A stretch of DNA of 64,000 nt from contig CM120643.1 in the NCBI GenBank assembly GCA_051362555.1, forward strand, positions 1,984,001-2,048,000, in the 5' to 3' direction. This stretch comes from Lingula anatina (lineage: Eukaryota > Animalia > Brachiopoda). The position numbers were made by a program, and so were the translations under genes. This document shows positions 1-12,297 of the stretch, in pieces; positions within the stretch are counted from its first letter, which is position 1; every line of letters begins with the position of its first letter. The notes beneath the pieces were generated by a model, which was given only the letters and a program-made list of their open reading frames with translations, was not told the origin of the DNA and searched no databases.

Positions 1-1415
1 ACTTCATTAAATATGTGACGTCTTTCCTATTGCCATCATATTTTACCTCAGCTCCCAAACACTAAATAAAAACTTCAGATAAAACAGAATGCAATGACAA
101 AAACAGAAATGGCAACATATAGCCTTTGAAAGTAAACTTTTGCCTGTCCTGAATCATAATGGAGTGGCTGAGAGATAGACAAATCACAAACCAGCAACGC
201 ACTTCTTTCAGTAGCTCAGACAACACCATGAAACAGCTTAAACAAATATAGGATTGGTCAGAAATCGCAACAAAATGGCATGATTAAGAATACAATAGGA
301 GCTGCATATAACTGCAACTCGAACTGAATCTCTGAATGATAAGATGACACGCGTGCACAGTGTGGAATATACCTGAACGTTATAAGATGGAAAAATTGTC
401 TTACGAAACCTTACCACACAGAATTTTCTGCTTAAGACGGCTGACACCCGCATTAATTAAGCTAGAATGTCTTCAAAAATACTAAATATTTCATACATTA
501 GGTAAAGTCACTGATTTAGATTCCATTTCATGGTTCATTGTGGTATAATTAAGAAATTTTCGCGGTTCTCTGAAGTCTCCTTGGGGGGGGGGGGAGGCGG
601 GGGTAGCAACAAGATATCAATACTCAAGGATTGTTGATGTTGATAGTTGATGTGAGAGGACGGAGACAAAATATGAACACTTTTTATGGTATGATTATTT
701 TTGTCCGATGTGTCCGATTTAGTTTGTACTCGTAATATTGTGAGGCATTGAAACTGGTCGATTAAGAAAGAAAAGACGTGGGGATGGGCTACTTCAAAGA
801 TATTACGTTATCATCAATTGGGGTTGACTGGCAAATTCGAACACCGTTAAAGCATATAGCAGTTTGGCCCAGAGCGTGAAATTTAAAGTTTCTTTAATGT
901 CTAGGATAATTTTGTAGTACATTGTAAATGAGCAATTTAAGACTTAAATGTATTAATATAAAACATTTGAACTAGATTCAGTCCTGTAGCTAGCAATTTC
1001 AAAAGGGTAGTATCTTTTTCTGAAAAGTAGAACTATTAACATAAACCTAAATTAAAATTTTACTCAGCGGGGCTCAAAAAGGGCGGTTCTTTCGAACCCC
1101 CCAAGCTACCGGCCTGATATTATTTAACAGTCGTCGCAGAAGATCCCATCTGCAGCGACATGACAAAGATCAGCTTAACATCATTTGAATTTTACTGTAA
1201 ATATTGAGTGAGAAATGGACCTTGAAATCCTTCCCTATCTCTCCCTTTTTACCTCCCTCTCTGTTTTCCTCTTTCTTTCTTGTTTTTTTAATCTTTATTT
1301 TTATTTGTGAAACCCACAACTCCTCTGCATCAACCTACGCATATAGATAGAACACGCATGCGTACTCTCAGTTTGCCAACGTGGAGATTTGCTGCGTGTC
1401 CAACTTTAAAAGTTG

Positions 1416-1452
1416 TATAAATAAGAAGAACGGGGGCATGTGTTTCGCAGTT
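1416..1452 (+). promoter_or_regulatory. Core promoter of VWD gene 1 (TATA box + Inr-like)
   Basis: TATAAATA at 1416-1423 and GCAGTT with its A at 1449 (33 nt spacing). The same motifs and spacing occur in genes 2 and 3. An ACGCATGCGT palindrome lies at 1354-1363. Confidence 0.6.
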
Positions 1453-1503
1453 GCCGTTTCTCCTTCTGCTACACATTCGCCAAGAAAGGATCCTCTCTTG
1501 AAG

Positions 1504-3431
1504 ATGACAGGACAAAAAGGCGTGGCCGTGCTTCTGATCATCGCTTTGACAACGGTGACATCCGTTACTGGCGCGGGTCCCATCCCCCTTACTCAGGAGG
1601 AAATGGATCAACGAGCCATTGCTGCGGCTGATATGGCTAACCTTCCATTCGCTGATCAGATGTTAGCTGGACTGCCCCCTGGTCCAATACGTAAGTTAAA
1701 CTTTTCCGTAAAATTGCAAACCTGGCCGAATGTGAAAACGAAGATTTATCGTTGACGACTTTAACCTAGGTGTTGGCAAGAATATCTTTCTGCTGCAGCT
1801 TTTAACTAGTTTGGTCATCTAACGCTACTGTACCACATACATATGTTATGAAGTATAAGGTTAAGCTTTTAAGTTATCAAAAGTGTGTTTAACGTAAAAT
1901 TTGTAAATCTATAGTTCTTGTAACGAAATAAATCCAACATGTTGCCGACAAATTTTGTTTAAAGAAAGAAAGAAAAGGTCAAAGAAAAAATAATTTAGGA
2001 AATCAGAACTGAGTAAAACAAAATGTTCTTTTTGTAGAAGCATGACCAATGCCTTCTGTTAACTCTATTACTTAGGTAAATGATATTTCATGTCAATTAG
2101 ACAAATATTACATAAATTAAGAATTTCAGCCCACTCATTAACGTAAGAAAACGGGAGACAGTAACATACACCGCAATATGAGACGTTGCACACAGTCAAT
2201 GTAGCACAGAGATTTTAGGTGTATAATTCTATACTGATATGTCCTTGTTATTCCGATTTACGAAATCGTACATAAAGACATACTAATGGATGACACCTTC
2301 AGTATACAAATTGACTGGCATCTTCAAACAATGATAAAGAAACTAGAAATCTAGGTAGAGTGTGGATTCTAACACTTTTTCACCAGGAAAAGTTAGCGAA
2401 AGGGGCCAGCAGAGGGCTAGGTGTTTTGATAAATAAGATGCATAGTTTGAAAGATTTTAGATTTAATACTTTTGGACAACTGTTCAAATCATGTATCATC
2501 CCTATCACTAACTACTGTGCCACTGGGTGGGGGTTTAGGTCATTGACAGCTATGTTGAGAATATACAATTACGAGCTATTAAGTATTATATGGGAGTAAC
2601 CAGATTTACACCAATATTAGCACTTTAAGGGGACGTCGGTTGGATGCCGCTAGTTTACACTCAATGGATGTTCATAATCAGCCACTGGAATAGATTAATA
2701 ACTATGGATAACAATAGGGCTACCAAGAGACTGTTTGATTACGTAGACTTAGAGCTGGAACAAGGGAAAATGTTCCGTGTCGTTATGTTTTGACACCACT
2801 TTTTATACCATCAGTCACAAAGCTTTTCAACAAAGAAGTTTTTCTTCTTATCAGATTCCTCTTTTGATGTTTTGTTTCTTGAGTATCGGTTGCATTCACC
2901 TTTAATGATATAGGCCATTTAATGCTGACGCTGGACCTTTTATGGAGGTGTTGGAAAGTATCCAAATTAGAGCTACTTTATCATTCAAGTTGCCCATGTC
3001 CATTTCAGCGGCAATCCCGGCTTGTGAATGCCATGCGCATGGTGATGTCCGCTATGTCACGTGTGATGGGAGAGTCTTCAGATTTGATACCTCGCCCTTA
3101 GTTGTAGGTATAATGGCAAAGTCTATTCTTGGATGGCTTTGGTACATAGTAACGGGACAAGAGTTCTTTGATGACGGTCCGAAGACTCGTCTGTCATCAG
3201 TGAAATTCAAGATGTTTGATCACTTCGTGAAAATTGAGTACAAAAAGAATCCAGATCCAAGTGGAGTGTACACAATAACGGTAAGTTTTCTCCTCCTATT
3301 CTCTCTCCATCCTCTGCTCTCTCTCTCTCTCTCTCTCTCTCTCAGGCTACTTAGTATACCTGTCCCAACAGGTAAGAACTTTGCCCGCGTCCTGTGAACA
3401 ATTTAGCTACATAAAGTTTTGTACATGTACT

Positions 3432-3479
<48 letters not shown>

Positions 3480-4615
3480 TTGATAATAAACGGTTTCCAC
3501 TGTATTCTTATTATTATTACCCCGACAACGGAGGACGTAGTAAGGTAGTACAATGTATTTGTTACCGTTAGTGGGTTTGTTTGATGTTTCTTACTTCGAA
3601 ATCTTCCACCGAGCTATTTGTCTTGGAAGAGGCTGCGCTCTCTCAGTCCTTTACATCTGACGAGGTTATGTTTTTGTTACCATTGTTACTTCGGAATGCC
3701 CCCGAAAGGGATCCCAAAGTATGTTGATCAGTTTTCATGTGTGTGTGTGCGCGTGCGCGCGTGTGTGTGTGTTAGTTTGCAAGTTTTGTATGTCTGTGTG
3801 CACTTTCTTGCTCACAATACTGAATATAATGCGGGCCTCTTTGCAACCTCACAAACGAAATTTGTGCAAAATTGTTTGAAAATAATAACATTTGCTGACT
3901 CGTCACATCATAATTTTTTAGGATGATGAGTCTTATTTAAAATTTTATATAAAATTTTTATCCCTAAGGCCATAATATTTATTGCAAGCAACAATTTGCT
4001 ACATTGTTATTATTCTTAAAATTATTAGGATAGTGAGTTAATATAATAAAAGCGGCCTTGTTTGGCCAAATCACGAACAGTCGATAGTCTTTGTTGCCAT
4101 CTCTCTTGTTATGAATGGGACTATTAAAGTTTGCGGTACACTGGGATGGAGGAGACATAAACTGAATGTATTGTTCTGATTGATTTTGTGAATCACTTGT
4201 AAATGGACGTGACCACGTGCTTATTATTATTATGGTAAGATAACGCTATCGGTATTTTATCTCATTGCAGGTAGCAGCTGAAGCTGCACCTGTTCCGCCG
4301 ATAGCGGTTTTTAATGTACAGCTTGGACCCGGTGCTGTAGGTGGTGTGATCTACGTGGGGAACGGTTTTCATATCTCCGTAATTCTGCATAACGGTGATT
4401 GGTACATCCAAGTTAGAAGCACGCGCCTGCCACCCGTCCTGTTCGACATTAGCATACTTGTGGCCCGACATTGTCTCCAGATTCACATTCCTCCGATCTG
4501 GAACACCTGGATGGAAGGGATATGTGGAGATTGGAACGGAAATCCAGGTAACGACGTTACGGCTTTTGTCGGCGCTCCACAGGTGACACCTGCGAAGTTT
4601 AGGGGATTCCCTTAA
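1504..4615 (+). CDS. Secreted single-VWD-domain protein, gene 1; join(1504..1690,3009..3280,4271..4615), 267 aa
   Basis: Signal peptide MTGQKGVAVLLIIALTTVTSVTG. GT-AG introns: C|gtaagt...catttcag|CG (phase 1) and ACG|gtaagt...ttgcag|GTA (phase 0). These join into one open frame of 804 nt. VWD motifs CECHAHGDVRYVTCDGRVFRF and MEGICGDWNGNPGND. Confidence 0.88.
2341..2750 (+). mobile_element. Decayed non-LTR retrotransposon (LINE) ORF2 C-terminal fragment, RTE-X-like, in gene 1 intron 1
   Basis: Frameshifted peptides EKLAKGASRGLG..INK, LF.SCIIPI..Y....WG, GDVGW and HWNRLITMD..R..K.LF resemble the post-RT region of LINE ORF2. The clade call is tentative. Confidence 0.55.
3318..3477. repeat. (CT)n and (AT)n microsatellites in gene 1 intron 2
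   Basis: Seen directly at about 3318-3343 and 3434-3477. Confidence 0.9.
3510..4015 (+). mobile_element. Helentron/HINE-like non-autonomous remnants in gene 1 intron 2
   Basis: TTATTACCCC...GGAGG start, GTTT repeat and GCGCTCTCTCAGT end, followed by a second piece with a GT microsatellite. A longer homologue sits at the same intron position in genes 2 and 3. Confidence 0.4.
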
Positions 4616-4634
4616 CAGCACATGACGCCGTGAC

Positions 4635-4896
4635 GTAAGTAGATGGTATTTTATCTGGAATGTGTGTAAATAAATCACACGAGTCGTAGAATGCTAAAGT
4701 TACTCTCTCACTCTCACACACACATTCCCCAGAATTCATTTTCTTAAAAACTTATTTCATACCCAATTTATCAGATTTAAAAACATTAATTTTGTATCAC
4801 AATTTTGTTCTCCCTTACATAAATAATTTGTTTCTACCGAAATGATGACCGACAGCGACAAATATATAATCCTTGTCTCATTTCTTTTTAAACCAG
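4635..4896 (+). other. Predicted 3'UTR intron of gene 1
   Basis: gtaagt 19 nt after TAA, and a pyrimidine tract plus ccag at 4896. Both sites are conserved in the remnant (7698/7998), gene 2 (28632/28923) and gene 3 (42274/42619). Confidence 0.6.
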
Positions 4897-6388
4897 GATG
4901 TTACTCGATGATCCATGACGTGATGACCAAAGAGCGACTACCACCAACTCTGTACAAACTCTGTCTTCTTTCTCCAGTCAGTGATGTTCACGTGGAACAC
5001 GGGATGCGCTGGACGCCATTTCATGTTTCACAGCCGTTGACTTGGACACAGGGTTACTACGGACCATGTCACTTAGACTTTTTAATCCCTATTTCTATGG
5101 AATATTTCTATCTGTTGACTAAACAGAATTGATAAAAGCTAACATTTGACTCGCACACTTATTTTTCGTTGGAGAACGTCTATTGGAGAGTCGAAAATTC
5201 ACAAAAGGAACAGAATCATGGACAATGAAACTTGTGGGGGTGCTTGCTACTCTTTCGGTTCTACGATAACTATTCTATTTTTTGTTTGTTTTTTAATTTT
5301 GATATTGATCGAGGTATTTTATGCCTTGAAGTGCAAATTATTGCATGTGGGTTTTTGTAAAGAAGGTTGAGTTAATCATTTTGCTGTAACAGGTGTATGA
5401 CATTATTTTGAGGATATAAACAAATTTGGAGAAATCTCCGAACACAAGACTGAACATGACAGAGATAAAGACATTTGGCGCTGAAAACATATGCCATGTG
5501 TCGCAAAAGAAAATAATTTTCACAAGATTTGATTGATGGCGTTCATCGTGATTTAAATTGGGTACGATATAGTGACAGTAGCTTCAGGTGTTTTTAATGT
5601 TTTAATTTTTGATTTATATTTCTCTTTAATTCGTTTCGCCGTGCTTGTAGCTTTAAAATCGTTATTAAATGGTATCATTGATATCAAATAACTGTAGTTT
5701 GTTTTAATTATGTTAAAGGGGAAATATAAAGACTTCCGTTGATATTTTCTTATAATTGGTGTAAAGTTTTAATATAAAAACATCTTGGTTAAAAAATAAA
5801 TAAATAAATAAATAAATAAAAACACAAAGCATCGAATATAAAATATACAATGTCATCACTGGTTCTCTGGCCGATTGAGTTTTTTTGTAATTGAGGGCTA
5901 GGATGTAACATCGTACCGGCTGTTAGGGGAGAGGAGGGGGTTACAAGTATGAAATATTACAAACAGACGACGGCAACATTGCTATGTTAATTTGACAGAC
6001 AAAATGCATCTTTTCTTGTCGTTTAGTTCCCTTTTAAAAGAGGTAGAAGAGATAGCTCAGAAGCTGAGGGCAGGGCACGTGCCCACTGCCCCTTCCTGAC
6101 GATGTTTTTATAACTTATAAATAAATTACAAGGCACGCACCCAGTTGAAGGCTAATGGCAAAATCAACTGAAAACATTTTCAAGTGCAAAAAGTAAAACT
6201 TTAAAGCACCCTTAAGGCATACCTTTGATCCAATCGCCGCATAGAAGAAAAATTCGGTAAAAAAGAAAGAAAAAAAACCCCAAAAATAATAAACCAAATA
6301 CACACCTCTTCCATTTTTACTAAGGTCGACCATTGTTTCCAAGAAACTGAGATTTGAAAAACTACTTACTGCACGTACTACAGTGTAT

Positions 6389-6646
6389 CAGTGGCGAATT
6401 TAGAGGGGGTCAGGGGGGGTCCTGAAAAATATATCACACAATTTTTCCCTCTTGAAATTAGAATTTGACTAGCTGAATTATAGTTCTAAACAGTGTCAAA
6501 GGTCACCGTTTGCCCTCCAAAACACCAAAATTTTTTTTCGGCCCTTGAGCAGGCCCCGAACCCCACTCCAAGAGAGCGATGGTCAGCTACGCATCCGAGG
6601 CCTGTCGTTCCCAACCCCCCCTTAAAGAATCCTGGATCCGCCCCTG
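6389..6646. mobile_element. GC-rich MITE (CAGTGGCG/CAGGGGCGGAT...ATCCGCCCCTG family)
   Basis: Imperfect TIRs. Related copies lie at about 12811-12955, 21185-21446, 32629-32855 and 50022-50212. Confidence 0.65.
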
Positions 6647-7605
6647 TAATATAAAATCACACCAATGCGCTTTATTTCTTCAATTTGAATTTTTCTGATA
6701 TGTAATTAAATATTTTTTTTCAAAATTCTCATGATGTGCAGTGTAATAAGTTTATGTAAATTCGCGTATATATGTTTGTTGATTGCATTCAATCATGACA
6801 TGCCTATTGCATGTGGTTAAGTGAATTCATGATTCACAGAAGAGAATGGCTTTTTTTTTAAATTAAAGTATTCTTAACTGCTGTCATTGCCAAAGGAGTG
6901 TAGCAATTAAACCCCGAACCCAGCTCACAGAAAATTGGTTGAGACAGTTATGTTTGCAGAGCCTTGGAATATAAATTGCCTTACGTGCGGCGGCGGTCAA
7001 TGCGTTGGATGAGACGTAGAAAACACGATCTGGATCTGCGATTACCCTTAATGCAGTCGCAGTATACACTTACAGCAACAATCAAAATCCCAATCTCCCG
7101 TAAAATAAATCAATGATTATTTTGCAGTTGTGCTGCCTTCTGGTTAGCTGTATGATTCTCTAAAATATTTCCCAAATTTGTCGTCCCACTGCTGGTACTT
7201 ACCCCCACCCCCCTATCCTGCACAGTGGGTAAACCGCAAGTGACAACATATAACCCTCTGGACCCTCCCACTGGTACCCCATTGAATATACCAGACGCGA
7301 AAACATTTTAGCCTTCAAGACCCTTCCTTCCTCAAAACAGTTAAACGTAGGGAGGAAAAGGATATCAAAAAACTTTCTCCGTCTTTATTTATATTCTTGG
7401 TTCTACAGTTGTACCATAAATTTTTATTGTGAATGGTTACTGGAGGATGGGCAGAAAAGTTAAAAATTTCTCAGCAGATATGCTTAAAATATCATGTATG
7501 AGGGGGAGAAACTTTGGCATTAAAATTTGCGACAATTTCTGTGGGATAGTTACACCACACAATTCAGGGAAACAAGGGAAGCATATATTACTTGTTTGAG
7601 AAACA

Positions 7606-7677
7606 GATCCAGGAAACAATGTTACGACACTTGACAGCTGGCCACAGGTGACGGCTCCGTTTAGGAGGTTCCCCTAA
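7606..7677 (+). pseudogene. Truncated VWD paralog: only the last 23 codons of exon 3 remain, followed by the 3' region
   Basis: Reads DPGNNVTTLDSWPQVTAPFRRFP*, then the conserved gtaagt donor (7698) and about 1.7 kb homologous to the 3' regions of genes 1-3. Upstream it abuts intergenic sequence homologous to 13661-13715. Confidence 0.85.
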
Positions 7678-9666
7678 CACCACACGACGCCGATGACGTA
7701 AGTTAATTGTATTTTATCTGAAATATCTTTTAAGTTATAAGTTAACCACCAGATTGTTATAGTTACTCTCTCTCATTCTCTCTCTCCCACACACATACGA
7801 AAGTACGCAAGCGGCATCCCCAGAAAACATTTTTCCTAAAATCATATTTCACACCCAAAAATTCAGATTTAAAAACGTCAATTTTGTATCCTGATTTTTC
7901 ATCATTTCGTTCTCCCTTACATAAATAATTTGTTTCTATCGAAATCATGACAGACACCGGCAAATGTATAATGTTTGTCTCATTTCTCTTTAAATCAGGA
8001 TATTACTCGATGATCCATGGCGTGATGACCAAAGAACCAATCAACCAACCGACCAACTCTATGCAAACTGTGTCTTCTTTCTCCAGTCATTGATGTGCAT
8101 GTGGAACACAGGAAGCGCTGGACGCCATTTCATGTTTCACAGCCGTTGACTTGGACACAGGGTTACTACGGACCATGTCACTTAGACTTTTAAATCCCTA
8201 TTTCTGTGGAATATTCCTATCTGTTGACTAACAGAATTGAGAAAAACTGATTTTTAACTAACACACTTATTGTTCTTTGGTGAACGTCCATTGGGGAGTC
8301 GAAAATTCACAAAAGGAACAGAATCATGGACAATGAAACTGAAATTTGGGGGGGTGCATGCGAATCTTTCGGTTCTACGATAACTATTCAATTTTTTGAT
8401 TGTTTCTTTGTCTTTAATTTTGACATTAATCGAGGTATTTTATGCCTTGAAGTGCAAATTGTTGCAAATTGTTTTGGTAAAGAGGTTGAATTAATTAATT
8501 TCCGCAACAGGTGATTGGCATTATTTCGAGGATGTAAACAAATTCTGGAAAATCTCCTAACACAAGACTGACCATGACAGAGAAAGACACAATTGGCACT
8601 TAAAACAGATGCAATGTGTCGCAAAAGAAAATATTGCTTTTGTTTGACAAGTTTTGTTTGAGCTCCTTTTGGTACAGTGGACACGTGATTTAAATTGAGT
8701 ACGATGTAGTGACAATAGCTTCAAAATGTTTTTATCGTTTTAATTTTGTCTTACATTTCTTTTGAATTCCTTTGGCGGTGCTTTTGACTAAATTAATTAA
8801 ATGGTATCATTGATATCAAATATCTGTAGTTTGTTTTAATTATATCTAAAGGGGAAATGTAAAAAATTCCGTTTATAATTTTTGGTAATTGGTCCAACTT
8901 TTTTATTTAAAAGCATCTTCGTTCAAAGTTTCAAAAAAAAAAAAAAAAAAAAAAATACAAAATATGTCCTTTTGGTACAATGTCAGTCCTGGTTCTCTGG
9001 CGGATTCAATTTTTGTTAAGGGAGGGCTAGGATGTAACATTAGGTTGGCTCTTAGTGGAGGGGAGGTGGTTACAAGTTTGAAAAGTTACTAGTAGACGAT
9101 GGTGATATTGCTATACTATATTGCTATACAGAATGCATCTTCTTTGTCGTTTAGCTCCCTTTTAAAAGGGCAAGAAGAGATAGCTCAGAAGCTGAGGAGG
9201 GACACGCGCCCATTGCTCCTTCCAGACGACGTTTTTATAACTTATTGATAGATTCAACGGTACGCAGCTATTTAAAGGCTAAACCAAAATCAAATGACAA
9301 AAAGATTCAAAAGCAAAAATTAAAACTTTTAAGTCTGATTTTCAGGCATAGCTTTGATGAAATCGTCATAAGAAAAGTTCAGTATAAAAAATGAAATTAA
9401 ATTAAAAAGAAAACGAAAATAATAAACCAAATTCACCCTTCCCCATTTTCTACTAAGGCGCATATGGTCAAGTGAGTTTTTGATTCACTGGAGAGAATGC
9501 CATGGCGTTTTTTGAATAATTATAACCGACCATAATTCATAGTCGTAACTGCTTTCGTTGACAAGGAGTCTGGAGGAATTCAATCTTGAAAAATAGGTGT
9601 ATCTGTGTGTGTGTGTGTGTGGGGGGGATGCAATGTAGATTACAGATACAGTGCCGCTGGAATTTA

Positions 9667-9950
9667 CCCGCACGAAAACGAAGTAGATACTCCAGCGCAG
9701 TAGACTACTGCAATCATACTGCAAACATGCTTCAAATCTGCTTCGATGTGGGAGCTAATTAGCATATTTGAAACATGCTTCTATCATGCTGCTAATCTAC
9801 TGCATTAATGCTGCTCCTCTGTACAACCCTATGTAATTTTTGAAGTAGAATTGCAGTAGGCTATACTGCATTTCTACTGCAAATATGCTCCACACCAGTA
9901 CTGCGTTAATGCTTCTTTGCTACTTCGATACTACTGCATTTTCTTGCGGG
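9667..9950. mobile_element. MITE with CCCGC termini and 2-bp TA TSD
   Basis: TIRs CCCGCACGAAAACGAAGTAG / CTACTGCATTTTCTTGCGGG with TA on both flanks and internal CTACTGC repeats. An empty site is visible in the paralogous block near 44130 (gagtcTAgccttac). Confidence 0.8.
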
Positions 9951-12062
9951 TAGCCTTACCAAATGGCCGCAGGAACTTACTGTCCTGCACCGCATGATGA
10001 TTGCAAGGTAGGAATATCAGCATGTAATGTCCAAATTTGTCGGTCCAACGAACTCACACCACTCCTCAATATCCTCATGTCAGTTGTCTTTATCGTTAAT
10101 GCAAAGGCATTGCTATGGACACGAGCAAACAGTAACGGGTTAAGTTGTAACAGCCACAGCAGAAGACTAGAGTGAAGACAGAATAAAACCAGTCATAATT
10201 TTAAAACCTTTTGACCACTGAAATCCAGCTAAATCTTAAGAGTCACGACCAACACTTACAAAGCTAAAATATTTAATTTAAAAAAAGTTAACACATAAAG
10301 TAAATAGCAATGTCTCAAATTGTTTCTTATAACATGTGGTGCTTGTTTAAAAGCCAGATGCACGCCTTTCCCTCTCGGTCACTGCTGGAATCACCTTCTT
10401 CATGTGATTAATGTTTTTATTTTCGCATGCCTCCCGAATGCATTCAACTAGTTCTTTTTGTGGCGTACGTGACGCCCGTACGTACATGTAAGTTGTCATC
10501 GGGAATTAGAAAGAAACACGCGCTTAGATGACAGGCTTTGCAATTGTTCTGCACTGTCAAATTAAAATAAATGTCTGTTGGCTGCAAATAACCCACTCCC
10601 CGTCCTCTGTATATAAAACAGGCTGGACTTTCAGTACCACATGGCATTGGGAGTAGGGGTGCTATTCGTCAATCCCCACCCCTCGTTTGCCCTCCGCATC
10701 CTCGTTCTTCTGCATGAAATATACTGGCATAGAAGAGTGATGGCACGCACACACATGTCTCAGTTTATTCAAAATCAAATAAATATTTACTTAACTCTCA
10801 CTGAAAATTAATTGAAACAGTTGTGTTTGCAGAGTCTCGGCAAGAATTGTGGTATACACGCGGCGGCGGTCATTGCGTTAGATGAGACGTAGAAAACACA
10901 ATCTGCATCTGCGATAACCCTTGCTAAAATACCAGCACACACTTACAGCAACAATCAAAATCTTAATTTTTTTAATAAACCGACGATAATTTTGCAGTTG
11001 TGCTGTTTTCTGGCTGCGACTGCCTTTGGTAAGCTGTATGATATACACGGGTGGGTTCCCTAAAATATTTTCCCACTTTGTTGTCCCACTGCTGCTATTT
11101 CCCCCCAGATCCCCCAGTGAATATCCCACAAGCGGCATAATTTAACCTTGTCAAACCTTTGTCAAATCAGAATCATATTGGAACGTCATTCTCTCTAACT
11201 TTCAAGTTATAGTTCCCACGCCGCCGCCTTATTACATGTACCACGCCATTTTTTATATATATATAAAATCTCTTTTGGCCCTCTCTCCATTTACATTATA
11301 TTCTCCTAGACAATACCGACACTGTATAACATTCATCACAACAACATATAAAGTTTCTATACTTGAGTTTTATTTTAAGCCATCCTCAGTCATTAACAAC
11401 AATAAATAATTAAATAAAGAAATCATAAACACGAGGAGACCCTCTCCTCACTAATATCTGTATCATTTCTCCCTTTTCTATATAATAAGGAATCACTAGG
11501 ATATCACATCCCCAACAGCTCATCTTTCCCTTACCTAGGGGATCACCGGGATATCACATCCCGAACATATCTTCCGAGCTCATTTCTCTTGTACATAGGG
11601 AAACACGGGGAAACCACCATCAAAACCATTAATCTTATATATTCATGAACATAAATGCGCCCCAACTTGTACTAGCAATTTCTGAAAAGTAAACAACATA
11701 AAAATATCATAATTTATACTTTAGAACATAAACCAACAGACACACATGCCCCCACACACACACTTACACACACAAATGCTTGCATTGTAACAAAAAAAAA
11801 AAAAAAAAAAAAAAAAGAAAATAATCTGTGCCAGAAAGGCACTAAATCAGACGGACGTTGCCTGACAGATTATTGTGTCAGACGGTGCGCTCCGCACAGT
11901 TTTATAGAGTTATGCCCAGGCAGTGGGAAGATAATGGCCGTAGTTTGGATTTGATTATAACCGTTAAAAGTATGTTTTGAAGGCATTTTACAGCCTTCGG
12001 CAGTTTCGTTATGTGTGCCAGTTATCATTTTTGTCAAAACACTACATCACATAGCAGGGTTT

Positions 12063-12147
12063 GCTGACCCAGTGGTAACGTGGCACCCAAACACGGCGGA
12101 GTCGGTTCGATTCTCATTCAGTCCCGTTTATTTCTTTAATTTTTTAA

Positions 12148-12197
<50 letters not shown>
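12063..12197 (+). mobile_element. tRNA-derived SINE head or tRNA pseudogene with (ATT)n tail
   Basis: A-box-like TGACCCAGTGG (12065) and B-box GGTTCGATTC (12104), followed by a T-rich stretch and (ATT)n. No complete cloverleaf was found. A second copy lies at about 31899-32034. Confidence 0.5.
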
Positions 12198-12198
<1 letters not shown>

Positions 12199-12297
12199 AC
12201 CCTTTACCATGGTTCACTGACTGATGTGACGGGTATTATCTGGTAAAATGTGTATTGTAAATGCTAACTGGAGGGTGTGCAGAAACGTTAAACATTA

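Noticed and set aside
1381-1503. Upstream extensions of the exon-containing ORFs (1381, 2942, 18292, 27200, 40803, 51826, 52201)
   Set aside because: They use non-ATG or intronic starts and run through TATA boxes or splice acceptors. The spliced models explain the homology better.
4598-4615. C-terminal FRGFP as an RFamide-like neuropeptide
   Set aside because: There is no amidation Gly or dibasic cleavage site.
4897-4960. ATGA/TGAT-rich 3'UTR segment as a SECIS element
   Set aside because: There is no in-frame TGA in any gene and no convincing stem-loop.
10610-10635. TATATAAA + TCAGT as the promoter of an unannotated gene
   Set aside because: The spacing is too short (about 22 nt), the TATA is mutated in the 30.5 kb copy, and there is no downstream ORF.
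12063-12127. Functional tRNA gene
   Set aside because: A and B boxes are present but there is no complete acceptor or anticodon stem, so it is treated as a SINE head or pseudogene.
12015-12224. ORFs with poly-Tyr (also 31812-32060)
   Set aside because: These are translations of an (ATT)n microsatellite tail on a SINE-like element.
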